DNA of 64,000 nt from Bdellovibrionales bacterium (GCA_040380025.1 JBEIJY010000007.1:33424-97423); one strand, 5' to 3'; numbered from the stretch's first letter, positions 42,366-53,940 are shown. Notes: generated from the letters alone by a model not told the origin. Made by a program: numbers and translations.

Positions 42366-43865
42366 CTACTTCATCGCGTCGTATTTATCGCGAGCATAAT
42401 CGATGAAATGCCCTACATCGAGGCCGCCTCCGGTGGTGCGCCTCAAGAGCTCCTCCGAAGAATACCGCCTGCCGTGGGCATGGATGTTTTCGTTCAGCCA
42501 AGAAAGAATCGGCGCGAACTCCCCCCGCTCCACCTTGGAGTCGAAATCAGGAATCTGCGCTTTCATGGCGGCCCCGAGCTGGGCGGCATAAAAGCTCCCG
42601 AACGAATAGGTGGGAAAATACCCGAACGCACCGTAGGCCCAGTGCACGTCCTGAAGGCATCCCTCGGCGTCATGCGCCGGGGTGATGCCCAGATATTCCC
42701 GGTATTTCTCGTTCCAGAACGCGGGCAGGTCTTTCACTTCGATTTCTTTCGTGATCAGCGCCTTTTCGACCAGGTACCGGATCAGAATGTGGGCGTGATA
42801 CGTGAGCTCATCGGCTTCGACTCGCACGAACGAGGGCGCGATCCGGTTGATTCCGCGGTAAAAATCCTCGAGCGGCACTGGTCCGAGATTCGCGGGGAAC
42901 ATCGCTTGAAGCCCGGCGTAGTGCCCTTTCCAGAACGAAAGGGAGCGGGCGATGTTGTTCTCCCAGAACCGTGACTGCGACTCATGGAACGCAAGCGAAA
43001 CCGCCGAGCCGAGCGGCAGTCCGTATTCGTCCTTCATCGGGATTCCGAGTTCGTACAGGGCATGCCCCGCCTCATGGACGGCAGCGAAAAACATCATCGT
43101 GAACTCGTTCTCATCGCCCCGGACCGTGATCCGGACATCCCCGGGAGCAAAGGTCGTGCAGAATGGATGTGGGGCATCGTCGGCACGGCCCGAATCGAAA
43201 TCATAGCCCATCTTCTCGATGATGCCTTTCGAGAACGCCCACTGTTCCGCCCTCGGATAATTCCGGCTCAAAAACGGTGCCGGAGGAGCGGCCTTCGCGG
43301 CAACTGACCTCATGTACGGAAAAAACCGCTCTTTCAAGCCGTCAAAAACGCGGTCCATCGTGCGGACCGTGAGCCCGGGCTCGTAGTCCTCGACCAGGGC
43401 ATCGTACGGATGATCCTCGTACCCCAGGAACTCCGTCTCTTCACGCTTCAGGCGCACGATTTTTTCGAGCAAGGGCCGGAAGATCGAAAAATCCCGTTTG
43501 GTTTTCGCCTCATGCCACGCACCGAACGCGTTCGAGGCGGTGAGTGCCATCTCTTCGACGAATGCCTGCGGATACCGGCGTTTCCGAGCGAGATCGCGCC
43601 GCACGAGCCGCACATTCGTGACAGCGGCATCCGGAAGCGAGCCGTCTCCCGAGAGCTCCTCGATTAGATTGCCGAAGGCCTCCGAGACGAACAGCTCGTG
43701 GGCCATGCTCGAAAGGGTGGCGAGTTGGCGCCCCCGGAACTGCGCTCCGTTCTTGGGCATGTACACCTGCTGATCCCAGCCCAACACGGAGTTTGCGGCA
43801 TTCAGATCGGCGATCTTCGAGAGGTGCTTCCGGAATTCTTCGTACTTCGGATTTTCAGGCTTCAT
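42366..43865 (-). CDS. Carboxypeptidase M32
   Basis: HPF, DVRIT, HEAGHALYE, HESQS, IRV-like FVRVEADE, GCLQDVHW. Confidence 0.95.
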   Translation of the reverse strand: MKPENPKYEEFRKHLSKIADLNAANSVLGWDQQVYMPKNGAQFRGRQLATLSSMAHELFVSEAFGNLIEELSGDGSLPDAAVTNVRLVRRDLARKRRYPQAFVEEMALTASNAFGAWHEAKTKRDFSIFRPLLEKIVRLKREETEFLGYEDHPYDALVEDYEPGLTVRTMDRVFDGLKERFFPYMRSVAAKAAPPAPFLSRNYPRAEQWAFSKGIIEKMGYDFDSGRADDAPHPFCTTFAPGDVRITVRGDENEFTMMFFAAVHEAGHALYELGIPMKDEYGLPLGSAVSLAFHESQSRFWENNIARSLSFWKGHYAGLQAMFPANLGPVPLEDFYRGINRIAPSFVRVEADELTYHAHILIRYLVEKALITKEIEVKDLPAFWNEKYREYLGITPAHDAEGCLQDVHWAYGAFGYFPTYSFGSFYAAQLGAAMKAQIPDFDSKVERGEFAPILSWLNENIHAHGRRYSSEELLRRTTGGGLDVGHFIDYARDKYDAMK

Positions 43866-45486
43866 CCATGTAAGGATACAGGACCTGTTTCGGAGGAACA
43901 AAGTTTTCTTTGATCGTCCGCGCACTCATCCAGCGAAGCAGATTCATGCCGCTTCCAGCCTTGTCGTTCGTGCCCGAACGACGCGCGCCCCCGAAGGGCT
44001 GTTGTCCGACCACGGCGCCCGTGGGCTTGTCGTTCACGTAGACATTTCCGGCAGCGTGACGGAGCTCTTCCAGCATCATCCGGATCGCAGCGCGGTCCTG
44101 CGAAATCACCGCTCCCGTAAGCGCGTAAGGAGAAGTCTCGTTCGCCAGGCGCAAGGTCTCCATGAGCTTCGCATCTTCGTACACATACACCGAAAGCACC
44201 GGTCCGAAGATCTCCTCGCACATCGTGCGTGCCTTCGGATCGGCCACACGGTACAAGGTCGGCTTCACGAAGTACCCCGTGCTGGTGTCGGCCTCGCCGC
44301 CGGCCAGGACCGTGTAGCCGCGATCCGAACGGGCTTGGGCAAGATAGCCTTCAATTTTCGAACAGGAACGCGCATCGATCACCGCATTCACCATGTTCCG
44401 GAAATCCCGCACATCGCCCTGACGGAGCCCCCGCACCTCGGCCACGAGTTTTTCTTCGAGGCGCGACCAGAGCGAAGCCGGAATGTAGGCGCGCGATGCG
44501 GCCGAGCATTTCTGGCCCTGATACTCGTAGGCGCCGCGAACGAGCGCGACATTCAGAACATCCAGATCGGCCGAGGGATGGGCGAACACGAAATCCTTGC
44601 CGCCCGTCTCGCCCACGATGCGCGGATAGGCATGGAAGCGCTCGATGTCCGAACCGACCGTCTTGCAAATATGATTGAAGGTGGCGCTCGATCCCGTGAA
44701 GTGAACGCCGGCAAGCGCCGGGTGCGAGAGGGCGACCTCGCCCGCGACCGCTCCGTTCGCCGGCACGAAATTGATGACGCCCGCGGGGAGTCCCGCTTCG
44801 ACGAACAGCTGATATGTGCGATAGGCCGAAAGGCACTGTTGCTCGGAGGGCTTCCAGACGACGGTGTTCCCGACCATCGCCGGAGCGGCGGGAAGATTCG
44901 CCGCGATCGCGGTGAAGTTGAAGGGGGTGACCGCGAACACGAACCCTTCAAGCGGCCGGTAATCGACCGAGTTGTGCAGGTTCGCGGGAGAGATCGGTTG
45001 ATCCTCGAGAATCCGCTCGTAGAATTTGGCATTGAATCGCAAGAAGTCCGCGAGCTCGCAGGCGGCATCGATCTCGGCCTGATAGGCGTTCTTCGATTGC
45101 CCGTGCATGGTGGCGGCATTGATCCGTGCGCGCCAAGGGCCCGCAAGCAGATCGGCGGCCTTCAAGAAAATCTTCGCGCGCTCGAACCAGGGGAGGGTTT
45201 CCCATTCGCGCTTCGCCTTCAGCGAGGCCTCGATCGCGAGCGCGACCTCTTCTTTGCCGGCCAGATGGACCCGCGCGATCACCGTGCGATGATCATGGGG
45301 CATGCGGACCTCGAAGAAGTTCCCGGTGCGGATTTCCCGTCCGCCGATGATGCAGGGAATTTCGACCACTTCGGACTCGATCGCGGAGAGGGCCGATTTC
45401 AGATCGGCGCGCTCTTTTGAGCCTTTCAGATAGCCAAGAATGGGTTCGTTCATAGGAAGGGGAACTTGAAACCGGGATGCTTGCAT
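43855..45486 (-). CDS. pruA: L-glutamate gamma-semialdehyde (P5C) dehydrogenase
   Basis: PFNFTAI, GETGGKDF, EYQGQKCSA, EEIFGP, SGTNDKAG. Confidence 0.95.
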   Translation of the reverse strand: MQASRFQVPLPMNEPILGYLKGSKERADLKSALSAIESEVVEIPCIIGGREIRTGNFFEVRMPHDHRTVIARVHLAGKEEVALAIEASLKAKREWETLPWFERAKIFLKAADLLAGPWRARINAATMHGQSKNAYQAEIDAACELADFLRFNAKFYERILEDQPISPANLHNSVDYRPLEGFVFAVTPFNFTAIAANLPAAPAMVGNTVVWKPSEQQCLSAYRTYQLFVEAGLPAGVINFVPANGAVAGEVALSHPALAGVHFTGSSATFNHICKTVGSDIERFHAYPRIVGETGGKDFVFAHPSADLDVLNVALVRGAYEYQGQKCSAASRAYIPASLWSRLEEKLVAEVRGLRQGDVRDFRNMVNAVIDARSCSKIEGYLAQARSDRGYTVLAGGEADTSTGYFVKPTLYRVADPKARTMCEEIFGPVLSVYVYEDAKLMETLRLANETSPYALTGAVISQDRAAIRMMLEELRHAAGNVYVNDKPTGAVVGQQPFGGARRSGTNDKAGSGMNLLRWMSARTIKENFVPPKQVLYPYMDEA

Positions 45487-45665
45487 TCAGGAAGCCTAGC
45501 AAAACGTCTGTGTGATTTGAAGCAGATCCTCGGTCCGGAATCAGGACAAAAATCCGCCGGACAACGAAACCCGTTTTGCGACAAAAAGCCCCTCCTTTCG
45601 GCGATTCGGGCACCAAATCGCATCGGACCCGAAGACACCTTGCGAAATCACGGGGTCTTTCGTCA

Positions 45666-45681
45666 TGGCAAGACTCTTGCT
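45666..45681 (+). promoter_or_regulatory. Putative sigma54 promoter of the secreted-effector operon
   Basis: TGGCAAGACTCTTGCT, near-consensus -24/-12. Confidence 0.65.
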
Positions 45682-45696
45682 TCAGGTCTTTGCGAA

Positions 45697-47493
45697 ATGT
45701 CGTACCAAATCAGCCCGATGGAATTCGCACTCCTGTTTTTCATGCTTACGATCCCCGGGTTCTCTCCCGCATCGGTCGGAGAACTCGAAACCGCAGTCCC
45801 CGGAAACGGCATCACGCCATTCGCCGGGGCGGCTTACTTTTCGGAGCAAGAAACACTGCCCGGAGGGAGTTGTCTGAATTCAAACCGCGAGATCGAAGTG
45901 GGTGAAGCCCGCTCTTCGTTCAGCTTCCAGGAATCCCTGAGCGAGGAAAAGCTGCAATCCGAACTCGGGTTCGATGCGGGAACGAGAATGAGTTTCGGTC
46001 TTGCGGGATTCAGTGTGGCGGCCGGCTTCGTGAAGGCATCGATGAGCACGGATCTTTCGATCGGCGCCGCCTGGGAATCCGACTACCTCTTCCCCACCCG
46101 CTCGCTCCAGGTCACGCTCGAGGACCTGAACGCAACGGGAAGATCCGCGCTCGAGCGGGGACGCTGGAACGAGACCTGCGGGGACCGGTTCGTGAAGGAG
46201 CTCTCCAGCGGCGGAAAGCTGTTTTTTTCGGTGACGATCGACTTCCGCTCCAAAGAAGAAAAATCCGCATTTCAAACCCGCTTCTCGGTGTCGGGCGGCC
46301 TCTTCGAGGCGAGTGCCGCACTTCGATTGGCATCCCGCTCCTTCCACCGGAACACCAAGGTCACCGTGCGGGGATACCAAGTGGGCGGGGACGTGAGCCG
46401 CATCACCCAGCTGTTTCCCCAGACTCCCGATGGTCGAGCCGGATTCATCGAGTGCCAGCTCGGAAGTTTCGAAAAATGCGCAAAAGTGATCGAAAGCGCG
46501 GTGGAATATGCAACCGATGTCGAAAGGGGCTTCCCCTCCCAGTTGAGACCGGGAGCCAAACCGGGGCCGGCCATCCTCTCGTTCCGGACCGCCCCCTACT
46601 CCGCGATCGGGATTTACCCGAACCGGTACCCCGAAATCGACGATGCCACCCGCCTGGCGCGAAAGCGCGTCGGGGACGCATTCCGCGAACAATACCGGAA
46701 TGCCGTGACCGTGGACCGCCTTCTCGCCGCGCGGAATCTCGGAGAAAAACAGAAGCCCTTGCAAGAGGCCCGAGCGAAAATCGACTCGAACATCGGACTG
46801 CTGTTGAATCTCGCGGAGATCTGCTACACGACGCCGGCTTCGTGCTGGAAAGCCGTTTATCCGGAACCGGGCCGTTCGGCACTGACACTCGAACCGTTCG
46901 ACCAGTCCCTCCTCGTCCCTCCGGGATTCCTCGAGCTCTGCCGGAAGGCCGGGCAAAGCACGCTGATCGCAAACACCGTGAACAAACTCCGAATCGCCCT
47001 GAAATCCACCGATCCCGCATCGGATTGCGATTCCCTCGAGCGGAAACTGGGCGATGCCAGACGGCTCGAAATCACGGGGACAGGGGCACTCTCGGACGAA
47101 CTGGATCTCCGCCTGCTCTCGCCCTTCCGCCAGCTCGAGCATCTGCGACTGAGAGGCTCGCGGATCGTGGATGTCTCCCTCATCGCCGATCTCGAAGCCC
47201 TGAAAACTTTGGATCTCTCGAACAATCACATCGTCGAACCCGACTCGCTCGGAGTTCTCCCCGATCTGACGACCCTGAACCTGGGTTTGAACCACGTGCG
47301 AACCCTGAACGGTCTCGATCGACTGAGCCGCCTGCGCGAGCTCTCGGTTCATCAGAATGAGCTCGCATCCCTGAGCGGATTTGGCTTCATTCCCGCGCTC
47401 CAGACGATCGATCTCCGACAGAACCCCCTTCGCAGATCCGAGCTTGAAGCTTTGAAAAAGCGTTATCCGTCCACCCTGAACCTTCTCTTTTGA
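45697..47493 (+). CDS. Exported MACPF/CDC-like domain plus C-terminal leucine-rich-repeat protein
   Basis: CGDRFVKELSSGGKL signature-like motif, two amphipathic TMH-like segments, YQVGG; about 6 LxxLxLxxNxI repeats. Start 45697 or 45718. Confidence 0.65.
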   Translation: MSYQISPMEFALLFFMLTIPGFSPASVGELETAVPGNGITPFAGAAYFSEQETLPGGSCLNSNREIEVGEARSSFSFQESLSEEKLQSELGFDAGTRMSFGLAGFSVAAGFVKASMSTDLSIGAAWESDYLFPTRSLQVTLEDLNATGRSALERGRWNETCGDRFVKELSSGGKLFFSVTIDFRSKEEKSAFQTRFSVSGGLFEASAALRLASRSFHRNTKVTVRGYQVGGDVSRITQLFPQTPDGRAGFIECQLGSFEKCAKVIESAVEYATDVERGFPSQLRPGAKPGPAILSFRTAPYSAIGIYPNRYPEIDDATRLARKRVGDAFREQYRNAVTVDRLLAARNLGEKQKPLQEARAKIDSNIGLLLNLAEICYTTPASCWKAVYPEPGRSALTLEPFDQSLLVPPGFLELCRKAGQSTLIANTVNKLRIALKSTDPASDCDSLERKLGDARRLEITGTGALSDELDLRLLSPFRQLEHLRLRGSRIVDVSLIADLEALKTLDLSNNHIVEPDSLGVLPDLTTLNLGLNHVRTLNGLDRLSRLRELSVHQNELASLSGFGFIPALQTIDLRQNPLRRSELEALKKRYPSTLNLLF

Positions 47494-47507
47494 AAGGAGA
47501 ACCCCGA

Positions 47508-48188
47508 ATGAGCCCCAAAATCCCGCTTCTGTTATTCACTTTCCTGCTTGCCGTGCCGCCCGCCGGAGCCTCCAAGCAACCCTCACCCGACAATCGTTCG
47601 GCCTCTGACATCACGAACCAACTGATGACGGATCTGGCGGATTTTGAGCGGATGGTCTCACCAAATGAGGAACGGGAAAGAGTCATGGCCTGCCTCGGCC
47701 ATACCTTCCTGAAGTGGGCCAATTCCTATAACCGGATCCTGGCCGCAACCCCGATCGATTACGCCAGCATCAAGGTGAAACTCGATGATTACGCCACCCA
47801 CTGGTACCGGGTCCGCCACAACATGGCGGTTGCGAATTTCTACTACCCGGGCATTGAATCCGGGATCGACTCGATTTTCCGCGATGCCTCAATCAAATTC
47901 GATCAACGCCTGAAATCTCACTCCCAGGTGCGGTTCACCATTGATGATGTGGAACGCAGGGTCTATCATCAACACCTGATGTTTTGCCTGAGCCGTTTTT
48001 TCTTCTACCGTTCCATGGAAACGATTCCGATGGATCATGAGGGGGAAGTCCTACCGGCCAACATCAGCTCCATGTATCAGGGAACCGCCTACTGGACCCC
48101 GACTCTCACCGGCGGAATCGAACCGGCGCTTCGTCCGGGCACATCGTTGAATGCCCCCGAAATCCAAAAAGGAGGGGACAAACAATGA
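47508..48188 (+). CDS. Hypothetical exported helical protein
   Basis: Signal peptide; AAAGGAGA SD. Confidence 0.75.
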   Translation: MSPKIPLLLFTFLLAVPPAGASKQPSPDNRSASDITNQLMTDLADFERMVSPNEERERVMACLGHTFLKWANSYNRILAATPIDYASIKVKLDDYATHWYRVRHNMAVANFYYPGIESGIDSIFRDASIKFDQRLKSHSQVRFTIDDVERRVYHQHLMFCLSRFFFYRSMETIPMDHEGEVLPANISSMYQGTAYWTPTLTGGIEPALRPGTSLNAPEIQKGGDKQ

Positions 48189-49375
48189 GACTCGCATCCC
48201 TTCTCCCGCTTTTCCTGTTTTTTGTCCTAGTGGCCTGCAGTCGCGCCGGAGCCGACTCCCATCCGTTCTCGATTCCCACTCCGCAGGAAATCAGAACGCT
48301 CCGGACGGAACTCGAATCTTACCGGTATGTCGGCACTGCCGACCGGAGACCGGAGGCGTTCAACCCCGAGAAGATCCTTCCCCGGATCCACCCCTGGCTT
48401 GCGCACGGATTCGGCCTGAGGCTCGGATCGCGCGGGCCTTTCCGGGCCTTCTTTCTTCGTCCGATCCCCTCGGACGTGGTCGCATCCCTGAACGAGATTC
48501 TTTACGACGATTCAACTCCGGTTCCGCTCATGATTCTTCGCTCCTCGTTTTGGATCAGGGCGGCCAAGCTCCAGCGGGAAGGCTTCGAGATCGGATTCAA
48601 GGTTTACGAGAGCGGCTCCACCGAGGCGGGGGTTTTCTTCGAACACGGAAACACCATGCTTTTTGACACGATGGCCGAGTACGGAACCCTGAGCCATGAG
48701 CTCCGTCACGGATTCCAGTTCGCGGCGCTCGGAAAAACCCGAGCTCCTTCCCTGCGGCATCCGGATCTGACGGACTCCTGTGTCGATGCTTTCGGCCGTT
48801 TTCTGGGCGAGCTCGACTCGACTGGGGTCGAGCTGAACGAGTGGATCGGCGTGTTCCGGACCTTCGAATACAAACCCGAACGGTACCGGACCTTCACCGA
48901 TGTCACCCAGGCGGATTTTCATAATTTCCATGCGGCTCTTCTGGAGGCCAACCTGAACTATCCTTCGTTGGCCTCGGAATGGGTATCGCGGAGCGATTGC
49001 CCCGATTCGGTGAAGAATGCGAACATCGAAATCTCGAAGGTCTCGCAGGAACTGCTGATCCGCATCCGAAAGGCCACGGATGAGCTCTCCAACCTGAGGG
49101 CCGGGTACGCATGGTCCTGCGTTCACAAGAACACCATCTGCAAAAACAACATCCTGCCGGCGGACCGCGAGATCTGCAAAGAGAGCGAGGTTTTCGCCTC
49201 TCGGCTCGACCAGAGGGCGGATGCGGCGATGAAGGTCATCGATCATCTCCTGAAGACCGGAGGTGAGGAACGGATCCGGCACACCCGCGACATGCTGGCC
49301 CTCATTCCCGACTCGTACAAACCGGTCTTATGTAAAAATGTGCGGGCGTTCGCACTTGCGGGGAACTGCCCATGA
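48185..49375 (+). CDS. Lipoprotein with HEXXH zincin motif
   Basis: LVAC lipobox, TLSHELRHGFQ, downstream GELD; ATGA overlap. Confidence 0.65.
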   Translation: MRLASLLPLFLFFVLVACSRAGADSHPFSIPTPQEIRTLRTELESYRYVGTADRRPEAFNPEKILPRIHPWLAHGFGLRLGSRGPFRAFFLRPIPSDVVASLNEILYDDSTPVPLMILRSSFWIRAAKLQREGFEIGFKVYESGSTEAGVFFEHGNTMLFDTMAEYGTLSHELRHGFQFAALGKTRAPSLRHPDLTDSCVDAFGRFLGELDSTGVELNEWIGVFRTFEYKPERYRTFTDVTQADFHNFHAALLEANLNYPSLASEWVSRSDCPDSVKNANIEISKVSQELLIRIRKATDELSNLRAGYAWSCVHKNTICKNNILPADREICKESEVFASRLDQRADAAMKVIDHLLKTGGEERIRHTRDMLALIPDSYKPVLCKNVRAFALAGNCP

Positions 49376-50868
49376 GAACGAGCACCACGCAGGTTTTCCC
49401 GATTTTTTTTTCACTCTTTTGTGCGATTTTCTGTTTGCTCCTCCTCAGTCCCCTCTCCTTCGCAGGCGAGTATTATCCCCCGAGACTGGCTCCGAGGCTG
49501 ATGGGCACGAGCCAGGGCATGGTCGGCGACTGCGAGGCCGAAGCGCAAGTCAACGCGTTGGAACAGGCGTTCGCGATCCGGAAGCTTCCGGTCCGCCTGA
49601 GCCTCTTCCACCGGCACGCGTTCATCCGGCGGAAGTTCTTCCGCGACAACCCGGTGTACATGCTCGATCTGAATTCCGCGGACCAACAGCTCCTCGATCG
49701 CACAGGCGAGATCCTGCCGGAATTCATGTGGCCAGAGGATGGAAAGGGCTATCCCGAGGTCGCCTCGATCCGTCCGCGTCCTTCAGAGGCGATCGCGTTC
49801 GATCCTGATTTTCCGCACACCAGCGCATTCGGATTCGAGACCCGAACCTTGGTCATGACACCCGGTTATCAGAACTCGATCGATTTCGACACCCTCCGGA
49901 AGCTGATCTCATCCGGAAGCGCTTTGACGATCTCGATCCACTCGGTGCTGCTGCAACCCCGGTTCTCGAACTGGAAACCGAACCATGTCACAGGCCTGTT
50001 CGAGGGCATCTATTCGCTCGATGCACTCAAAAAAGAGCTCTCAGGGAAATCTCCGGCGGACGGGTTGGATCATTCTGTCCAGATCATCGGTTACGACGAT
50101 CAGCTTTATCGGAATCCGGAGTATACGGTGCCGGGTGCCTTGATCATCCGCAACACCTGGAACGACGATTCATCGAACCGGTATGTGCTCGACCCGGACC
50201 TGAACATCCGGTTCAAACGCGAGATCGAACGGTTCCGGCTGAAGATCCACTCGATCAATCTGCCTGGATTCTACGCGATCCCGATGCAGTACATCGCCGA
50301 TCTGATTTCGCTCAAATTGGCGGTGATCAAGCACATGACCCTGAACTTCGGGGCGTATTCCGATGCTTACCTGCGCGTCGCGGACCGCTACCGGATCATC
50401 CGGGCGCCCTTCGCCTGCGAGACCAAAAACGCGTTTGACGATGGCGACTATCTTCCGGCCTTCGCGCGGACAAAAATCGCGGAATACCGCAAGTGGCTTG
50501 TGCTCTGGCGCAACCGGAGCGAGACTCCGGCCCGAAAACGGGAGGCCCTCCGAAACATCCGTTTTCTCTCGGAGGAGGCCTCGGTCGACCTCTCAAATCG
50601 CTTGAACCGGAAGTTCATCTACTACGCCACCCTTCCCGTGAACCTGCGGACGGGAACCGACCGAAGCTGGGACTTCTACTCGGGAAAATTCACATCTTAT
50701 TACTGTGATTCCCGGGGCGAGTCGCGCCTCTGGCCCTCTCGGACGATCGCGGTCGAACCCATGTTCCAAGAGGCGCTGAGCGAGCTTTCGCTGAATGCGA
50801 GCAGTGCGAAGCAATGGAACAAGATGCTCTATGCCCTGACCCTTCTCGAGGCCGACAAATCGAAGTGA
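49372..50868 (+). CDS. Exported papain-like (C1) cysteine protease, divergent
   Basis: SQGMVGDCEAEA, DHSVQIIGYDD and IIRNTW (Q, C, H, N catalytic set); ATGA overlap. Confidence 0.75.
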   Translation: MRTSTTQVFPIFFSLFCAIFCLLLLSPLSFAGEYYPPRLAPRLMGTSQGMVGDCEAEAQVNALEQAFAIRKLPVRLSLFHRHAFIRRKFFRDNPVYMLDLNSADQQLLDRTGEILPEFMWPEDGKGYPEVASIRPRPSEAIAFDPDFPHTSAFGFETRTLVMTPGYQNSIDFDTLRKLISSGSALTISIHSVLLQPRFSNWKPNHVTGLFEGIYSLDALKKELSGKSPADGLDHSVQIIGYDDQLYRNPEYTVPGALIIRNTWNDDSSNRYVLDPDLNIRFKREIERFRLKIHSINLPGFYAIPMQYIADLISLKLAVIKHMTLNFGAYSDAYLRVADRYRIIRAPFACETKNAFDDGDYLPAFARTKIAEYRKWLVLWRNRSETPARKREALRNIRFLSEEASVDLSNRLNRKFIYYATLPVNLRTGTDRSWDFYSGKFTSYYCDSRGESRLWPSRTIAVEPMFQEALSELSLNASSAKQWNKMLYALTLLEADKSK

Positions 50869-50893
50869 GCCGATCCGGAACGTCCCTGCCGGT

Positions 50894-51192
50894 TCAGATC
50901 ACCGGCAGGGCGTTCACCAATGCCGCAAGCTCGAAGTCCTTCGCGGTGAGACCGCCCGAGTCGTGGGTCGAAAGCGAGAGCCTCACCTTGTTCCACTGGA
51001 TCAGAATGTCGGGGTGATGGTTTTTCGATTCCGCCAGTAGCGCAACGGAGTTGGCAAAAAGCATCGATTGGGGGAACCCGCCCAGGACAAACGTCTTCTC
51101 GATCTCGCCCTGGCTGTTCAACTTCCAATCCGCGATCCGCCGGAGTTCCAGCTCGATCTGGGATGCGGTCAGGGGTGCGGCCTTGATGTCGC

Positions 51193-51196
<4 letters not shown>
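50894..51196 (-). CDS. phhB: Pterin-4-alpha-carbinolamine dehydratase
   Basis: [10 protein letters not shown] and [15 protein letters not shown]. Confidence 0.93.
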
Positions 51197-52227
<1,031 letters not shown>

Positions 52228-52228
52228 C

Positions 52229-53227
52229 TCAAACCTCCGCCTTCACGCACCGGACTTCCCGCGCCGGCCCCACGGCCCGGAGATCGGGCTCCGGCCCTTT
52301 GCACTCGACCGAGACCAGGGAGCAACGCTCCTGGAAGCGACACCCCTGCGGCAGGTCGAGCAGACTCGGAACGATCCCGGGAATCGGTTCGAGACGGGTT
52401 TTTCGCAGTCTTCCCGTCGGGTCCTTCGCCAGCACCGGAATGCTGTTCAAGAGTCCGCGCGTGTACGGATGCTTCGGGCTTTTGAAGATCTCATGCACCG
52501 GTGCGCGTTCGACGACCTTGCCCGCATACATCACGACCACCTCGTGGGCCATTTCGGCCACGACTCCGAGGTCATGGGTGATCAGCAAAAGCGAAAGTCC
52601 CGTCTTTTGCTGGAGATCGCGGAGCAGATCGAGGATCTGGGCCTGGATCGTCACGTCGAGCGCGGTCGTGGGCTCATCCGCGATCAAAATTTTCGGATTG
52701 CATGAGAGGGCCATCGCGATCATCACCCGCTGGCGCATCCCGCCCGAAAGCTGATGCGGATAATCCTGCACCCGTTTTTCGGGCGCCGGAATTCCGACCA
52801 GCCGGAGCATGTTCACGGCCTGATCGAGGGCCGCGCTCTTTGATAGGTCCTGATGGAGCCGGATCGCCTCGATCAGCTGGTTGCCGATCGTGAACACGGG
52901 GTTCAACGAGGTCATCGGTTCCTGGAAGATCATCGAGATCTCATTCCCCCGGATCTTCCGCATCTCCTCGGATCCGAGCTTCAGCAGGTCGCGTCCCGAG
53001 TACAAAATCTCGCCGTTCGTGATCTTTCCGGGGGGCTGGGGAATCAGGCGCATGATCGAGAGCGAGGTCACCGACTTTCCGCAACCGGACTCGCCGACGA
53101 TCCCGAGGGTCTTGCCGGCGTACAGATCAAAGCTGACCCCGTCGACGGCCTTGATCGTTCCGCGATCGGTCTTGAATGTGGTTTCGAGATTTTTCACCTC
53201 GAGGATCTTTTCGCCGGGACTCATCAT
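52229..53227 (-). CDS. oppD: Oligopeptide ABC ATPase
   Basis: [26 protein letters not shown]. Confidence 0.93.
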   Translation of the reverse strand: MMSPGEKILEVKNLETTFKTDRGTIKAVDGVSFDLYAGKTLGIVGESGCGKSVTSLSIMRLIPQPPGKITNGEILYSGRDLLKLGSEEMRKIRGNEISMIFQEPMTSLNPVFTIGNQLIEAIRLHQDLSKSAALDQAVNMLRLVGIPAPEKRVQDYPHQLSGGMRQRVMIAMALSCNPKILIADEPTTALDVTIQAQILDLLRDLQQKTGLSLLLITHDLGVVAEMAHEVVVMYAGKVVERAPVHEIFKSPKHPYTRGLLNSIPVLAKDPTGRLRKTRLEPIPGIVPSLLDLPQGCRFQERCSLVSVECKGPEPDLRAVGPAREVRCVKAEV

Positions 53228-53259
53228 CGTTCAAAGTCTGCCACCAACGAACCAATCCA

Positions 53260-53940
53260 TCAAGGAGTGCGATTCCGCCACGTCCACTTGAGCTCCCCCT
53301 CGCCGGTCCGGACCCTCACCTTCCGGGCAAAGCCCGCTTCGCGGTCCCAGTCGTCGATCGAAAGCTCGATCCGCGATTCCGGATCCGGCAACCCCCGCGG
53401 GGTGAGCTCGATTGCATACGGAATCCGCTCGGCGTGATCAAGAGCCCGGGAATAGCTCCACCGCCACGGCCCGGATTCGAGCAGGATTTTGGCCCCGTCG
53501 ATCCGGGGAGTCGCATCCCGCCAGCCCGCCGGACAGGGAAGGTCACCCAGAAGGAGTCCTCCCAGTACCGGCACCTCGATGCCCAGATAGCGCGAAACCC
53601 CCTTGCGGTTCGCCTCCGGTTTCGAGGGTGCCTCGATGTCGAAGGTCTCGCCCTCTCCCTTCAGGCGGAGCAGGGTGCCGCCCAGAAGATGGGTCACCTC
53701 GAGCACGAACGAACCGTTCGGCTCGAAGCGGACACTGGCCGGGTGCTGGCCCTTGAACTCTCGGGTGTTCGCACGGACGATGAGGTTTCCTGAAATCGCC
53801 CTTGCTCCACGGGAACAATACCGTTCAAGCCAGGTCCGCGCCTCGCTCGAAGAAAGCACACTGTCATCAGGCTTGGGCGCGGTCGCGCATGCGGCGGCAA
53901 AGCATGACAGAAACAGGAATGCGGTGATTTTGTTGCTCAC
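53260..53940 (-). CDS. LolB-like lipoprotein (putative)
   Basis: AAAC lipobox; beta-rich with LLGGTLLRL; follows a TPR gene as in TPR-lolB loci; promoter TTGAAA-N17-CATGCT 7 nt upstream. Confidence 0.55.
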   Translation of the reverse strand: MSNKITAFLFLSCFAAACATAPKPDDSVLSSSEARTWLERYCSRGARAISGNLIVRANTREFKGQHPASVRFEPNGSFVLEVTHLLGGTLLRLKGEGETFDIEAPSKPEANRKGVSRYLGIEVPVLGGLLLGDLPCPAGWRDATPRIDGAKILLESGPWRWSYSRALDHAERIPYAIELTPRGLPDPESRIELSIDDWDREAGFARKVRVRTGEGELKWTWRNRTP

